From Antedon mediterranea (lineage: Eukaryota; Animalia; Echinodermata): a stretch of 64,000 nucleotides of DNA. Below the pieces are notes generated by a model. The model was not told the DNA's origin. It worked only from the letters and a program-made list of their open reading frames with translations, and made no database searches. The first letter of the stretch is position 1. Each line of letters starts with the position of its first letter. Below, piece after piece: positions 59,101 through 64,000 of this stretch. A program made the translations under genes and the position numbers. The stretch spans positions 40,164,388 to 40,228,387 of the forward strand of contig NC_092670.1 in assembly GCF_964355755.1 (NCBI RefSeq), written 5' to 3'.

Positions 59101-61737
59101 AATTTGTGATATTGGCATGATAAAATCAACTTGTATTAGACATAATGCAGATTGGATTCCGGTGTGTGTGTGTGTTTCACGGTGTGAAGCTAAACTAACA
59201 AGATGATATCACAGATCAAAGTACTGTAGTTGTAAATGTCTTCTGAGTGCTTGAATGAACAAGACGCAAACTAAATGTACAGCAAAAAATCAATACTATA
59301 TAAATATATTTTCAAAAAAAGAGGGATGAAAAAATGCTGGGCAGGGGCAGTTCAAGGAAAATACATAGCTGTAACTCATAGTGGACCTTTCAAGCATCCC
59401 TCGCCCCCAGATGACACACACACACATTCTAGAAGTGGTGGGGGAATTTATGAAAACACATAATGTTTCACACTGGGTCCTCTGGGATAACAGCCTTCAA
59501 CTGAAGAGATCCCCTCAATCCCCCAGTATATTGAAAACAATAACTATTTCTAGTGGGGTATTTTTACACAGCGTTCATTACACCATGACAAACTAGAATG
59601 TGAAAGCCTTGTAAATTGTTAAGTTTAACATGGAACGCAGGAGATATGGATGCAACAACATGTTTTATGTGTAAATTATCCTTTGTTATTGTGAGAGAAT
59701 TTTTAGTAAATTTTAACAGATTTCGTCAACATTTGCATAACAGCATAGTTCAGCGACAGTTGCGTTACTGTACTTTTTTATTTTACGTTTTACGTTACGT
59801 TATGTTTTACGTTATGTTTTACGTTACGTTATGTTTTATGTTACGTTATGTTTTACGTTACGTTTTACGTTACGTTATGTTTTACGTTACGTTATGTTTT
59901 ACGTTACGTTATGTTTTACGTTACGTTATGTTTTACATTACGTTTTAATTGCGCTTCAACTGAGTGTGCAAGAACGCAAGACATGTTTCACACACACAAG
60001 ATACACCACTTACATAAAAACACATCATGGAATGCCTTGGGCCTAGACCTACAGTAGGTAGGCATGTTTAAAATATTGGGTGACAAAAATAGCATATTGC
60101 GTTGAACAAATCTGGTTTGGCTTATAGTTTGTTACCAAAGTAGGTGGAGCTTGCGAGTTGCATGTTGGGAAATAGTGTTAATTTAAAGATTTACTTGCTC
60201 ATATATGTTGTTATTATGTTGTGTGCAGCATTTTATTTTACCATTTATAGGCTCTTCACCATATTTCAAACCCTTTCTGTTTAGTGGGATCTCTGCTAAG
60301 TTCAATTCATAAACACGATGCCATTACAACACTGTACATGAACATCAAGGTGTCACTAAATATTTCTCTTTGTGATACAGGTGTATTTTTAATCAGATTT
60401 TAATTGCTTTCAATCTTATCAAAATGTTCACATCTCTCACATTTAGAATCAGCATAATTGTCACCAACACTCTTGTGTCATCAAATCTGCATAAATTTCA
60501 CATGTCCACCAACACACGATGTCAACCGCTTGTGTCAACCGCTTGTGTCATTATAAACTTCAGACACTAATTTAATCATAAACTTAAGTAACATTCTCAT
60601 CATTTTATGCTTTACATAATTATTGAAAGTTTGTTTGTTTTTTTCATATGCATCCGCTACTTACAGAATGGGTAAACTATTTTATAATTTATCGTGCTTA
60701 TAAACTAAGTCTCATTTATGGCTTAGGGAGTGGAGTTGATCAAGAGTAATGGGTAACAACCTTGGCACAATGTCAGGATTGAACCCTGGACCTTAGGATT
60801 GGAAGGCAAGCACGTTAACCACCAAGTTACATCTCCACTACTATTTGTATTTTGTGTATGTGTGTGGGACCCAAGGAAAAACAACATTGAGTTGATCTTT
60901 ACATTAGTAAAGTTGAATTTAAACTAGATTTCTGTCACATCACATACACTTTGCTTTGTGTACTTAGAATGTTGTCTCATATTTTTAGCAGTAGTCACAT
61001 CATTGGATTGTACAAACACATCTGTAAATGCATTATATAGTTCATGACTAAGCTAGGCTACATTTTATACCCAGGATATCAGACTTAGTACATTTGAATG
61101 ATGCTTAATAAATTGATTGATGAGCACAGCAAAGTGACACAAGGTGTGATACTAACTATCTTTGACGTTCATCATCAATACATTCAATATCAACCGACGA
61201 CAACTAGATCTCTTCTCTACGTTGCTTTTATTTTTGCAGTCTTTTGTCTAGGTTATTCTTTTGGTGCATTTTATTAATATTTATTAAATCGTTATTTCTT
61301 CTTGATATAAAGTTTGCGGTACACAACGTATATTTCTGAAAATAACTGTTGAGTTTCTCGATGTTTTGATCAATATACTTTGATCGTCCTCAAAAGTGAG
61401 AACTTCTTTTTCTTTTCTTTTTTTTGCCAATTTCTTTTATGGAGTTAATTGTACACATACATTAAATAACATATGTATAAATGAACACACAAAAATGAAA
61501 AATTATGAAAGAGGGAGTTTAAATTTTGAAATGGTATTTTTAATGTGCAATCAAGCTAAATATAAAATAGCAATGTGTTATGTTAGAGTGTTCTTACCCT
61601 TCTTCACAAGTGTCATCTGGTATCATTGCTTTCTGCGCTGCACCTACAGCTAAAATACAGGCTTGTGGTGGGTTGATGATTGCTGAGAAGTTCTTAACAC
61701 CAAACATACCAAGGTTTGAAACGGTGAATGTACCTCC
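56189..61737 (-). CDS. DLAT: dihydrolipoamide S-acetyltransferase (PDH E2), last two exons; gene continues beyond window
   Basis: Exons 61737-61598 and 56318-56189 give [47 protein letters not shown]|[42 protein letters not shown], including the catalytic DHRVVDG motif; phase-2 junction is consistent. Not in the ORF track. Confidence 0.96.
56428..57051. mobile_element. long-TIR (foldback/Mutator-like) non-autonomous element
   Basis: ~90-bp imperfect inverted termini (GAAAGGTTA...TAATACTAATTATT...CCCAGCGGTATTATTA versus TAATATTACCGCTGGG...AATAATTAGTATTA...TAACCTTTC). Confidence 0.5.
57133..58595 (-). mobile_element. Helentron-associated non-autonomous element (HINE/DINE-1-like), copy A
   Basis: Subterminal IRs AGGTTATATGCAT, 5' palindrome, 3' stem-loop AATTCGTCA..TGACGAATT and CTAGTT end; near-identical inverted copy at 61923-63357; related 3' end at 28357-28393. 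Confidence 0.8.
59780..59947. repeat. (TTACG/TTATG)n compound microsatellite
   Basis: Directly visible; explains the ORFs at 59616-60057. Confidence 0.9.
60723..60839 (-). mobile_element. tRNA-derived SINE head
   Basis: Minus strand AGTGGAGATGTAACTTGGTGGTTAACGTGC...GGTTCAATCC; homologous to 22616-22730. Confidence 0.6.
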
Positions 61738-61922
61738 CTAAAATTGAAACAAGCACATTATTTGTCACTTATTGTTATTCAAATTATTATTATGTACAGT
61801 GCATTAAGAGCTTCCTACATATGCGCTATATAAGAATCTTAAAATTGCTCTATTATTTATTATCAAAATGAAAAGTTCTAGAAAAAGTAAATATGTTGTC
61901 CATAATTTATGACTGGATTACT

Positions 61923-63357
61923 TTATTAGGTTATATGCATTATCATGCATATAACCTCTTGATTCTGTCAAAATCTTTGTTTATTTATTCTTTCCTTAGC
62001 ACTATTTTGTCCGTGAATTATCTTGATATCAGTTTCATCTAGCTAAGTCAATTTTTCAGAGTATATTCCTTATGGCCAGGAATCGATGTGGTTATGTTTT
62101 CACGGTGCGCAATCAAACATTACGCGGTCTACGCGCGATTTAATGAAATCACGTTTGTAATCATATCTTCACAAGCATGAATCATTTTTAAACTAAATTT
62201 GGTACTCATAAATTTCAGGTCATATTTCATCATATGGCAATACAATTACGTGTGTAGCGCATATAACGCATGCGTACGCGCGTTTAAAATGTTCAAAATT
62301 GTCAGAATTTATTTTCAATGAAATTAGAGTACGTTTCAGGCAATTTTAAGCGTTTAAAAAATTACCATGAGTGCGCAGATTTTTGCACGCGCACTGCGCG
62401 TCATACGTTAATTACTGTTGTATAACCTTTCTTTAACAATATCATCATATTTTATTCACTTTTCAACGCGAAACAGCGTTATACGAGCACGTCAAAAGTG
62501 ACAGGCTACGCACGTGTAAGTTAACAAAATGGTAAAAATATGCTAAATTTTAAAATTAATATATATCGTTAGAATGCTCGGGAACACCAATTTTTTATTT
62601 CATTTTCTTGAAGTGTATGTATCATATGTATGATTTATTATGAAATTAAGAGAAAAAAAGTTGATTAAGTCATCATTAATGGCATATTAAATTTTAAAAA
62701 ATTAATTTTGACAATCAAACAAATTATAACATTTTCTTAGGCCGAAATAACAAACTTAACATTAACTTTCTTCCTTAAGAAGTTCATATATTAAAGTTAA
62801 AAGTATATAGTTTGACAGTGCATACTTTTTAAAAATTTTTAAAGATGTCATCATAGTAAAACATTATAATTCATTGCGGTATGTAATAATCTATCTGCAT
62901 AGTAAATACACGGAGGAATATTTCCATAAATTTTAGTCAGTTGTGTATGGCTCGATGGTCTGAGCTCGTGTCTATGGCATTCAAGGTACCGAGATCGAGT
63001 CTCACCTTGGGAAACGAAATAAGATTTTTTTTTATTATCCGTATTGTTTGTTCAAATTTATTTCTTAGTGTATAGATTATACACATGATTTATAATGAAA
63101 TCTAGATAAAAATTAACTTATGTCTTTATTATTATGTAACAACAAATGTGGTTTATGACATTATACGCATATGGATCTTTGATCGGATTGTGATACCGGC
63201 TATGGTGTTCGCGTTAGCAAGGTCCTATCATATATTATAAATAATTAAAGATTCTGAGAAAATCAATCAATCAATATATCTTTTAAAAATCAATTATCTT
63301 TATTTAGATCAATGCATATAACCTATAATTCGTCATAGTGACGAATTAAATCTAGTT
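61923..63357 (+). mobile_element. Helentron-associated non-autonomous element, copy B
   Basis: TTATTAGGTTATATGCAT-TATC-ATGCATATAACCT start; ATGCATATAACCT, stem-loop and ATCTAGTT end; reverse complement of 57133-58595 with a few indels. Confidence 0.8.
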
Positions 63358-64000
63358 ACATTTGCATTTATTAACTGCAAAAAGAACTATTACAGTTAAC
63401 CTATTACTGTAATGGGTTTTAGAACGTTATTTAACTGGTTCCCGTTGTAAAGTTCTTGGTTGCAAGCAAAATAATGTTTATTTGATGTGCCACTTGACCA
63501 CCTTTTGTGTAATTTTAACATTTTTTGGGAGTACAAATTCAGCAGAAATACGATGAATATAAAAATTACACTTTTTAATCTATTTTGAAATAAATGGTTA
63601 TTATTCAGCGTTTTGCAGCAGCGTTACAAGCCGCTAGATTTGAATTCATTTAGTTGTAAATTTATGTAGAAATATAGTTTACATAACAGTGATATAACAC
63701 CACATAAATAATTCTAATAAAAGAACTTGTTATGGGTAATAACATCTTTATTTGAAGAAAATCTATATCAACTTTCAATACAAGAACACTCAGATTTCAC
63801 TCAGATTTCACTCTGTTTTAGTATTAATATTTAGCTACAGTACTAACTTTTTCAAATCCCAACAAGAGTACAAAAACAATAAAAGTTGAATGCAGAATGT
63901 CAGGACATAAGGTGACTTATGCACTAGATGTTATGATGAAAACTAAAGACAAATAAAATCAAACTTTGAATAAGCCATTTTTTGTTCCAAAAAATGTGAC

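Noticed and set aside
59616-60057. Three overlapping ORFs
   Set aside because: Translations of a TTACG/TTATG microsatellite.
57133-63357. Single large transposon with 1.4-kb TIRs
   Set aside because: Each arm is a complete element with its own asymmetric Helentron-type ends; the interior is host DLAT intron and exon with no transposase.

Overview
AT-rich eukaryotic genomic DNA from an intron-rich invertebrate. A Deu-domain SINE and CRH-type neuropeptides suggest a non-vertebrate deuterostome such as an echinoderm (inference). Most ORFs in the supplied track are exon fragments or spurious, so I assembled genes by hand from GT-AG junctions. Minus strand: complete PDCL3/viaf, complete Ral GTPase, a proline-rich CD225/dispanin membrane protein, and the last two exons of DLAT (pyruvate dehydrogenase E2). 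Plus strand: two tandem secreted neuropeptide precursor genes of the CRH/DH44/ELH family. Highlights: (i) the CRH-like pair shares a phase-1 G|AT intron, and the second precursor is very divergent; (ii) a 2.5-kb satellite in Ral intron 3 consists of ~58 copies of the exon end plus its own splice donor; (iii) similar junction/exon duplications occur in PDCL3 and the CD225 gene; (iv) two 1.4-kb Helentron-like elements in inverted orientation bracket the penultimate DLAT exon. The rest is MITEs, SINEs, LINE fragments and mini/microsatellites. No CRISPR, rRNA or true tRNA was found.
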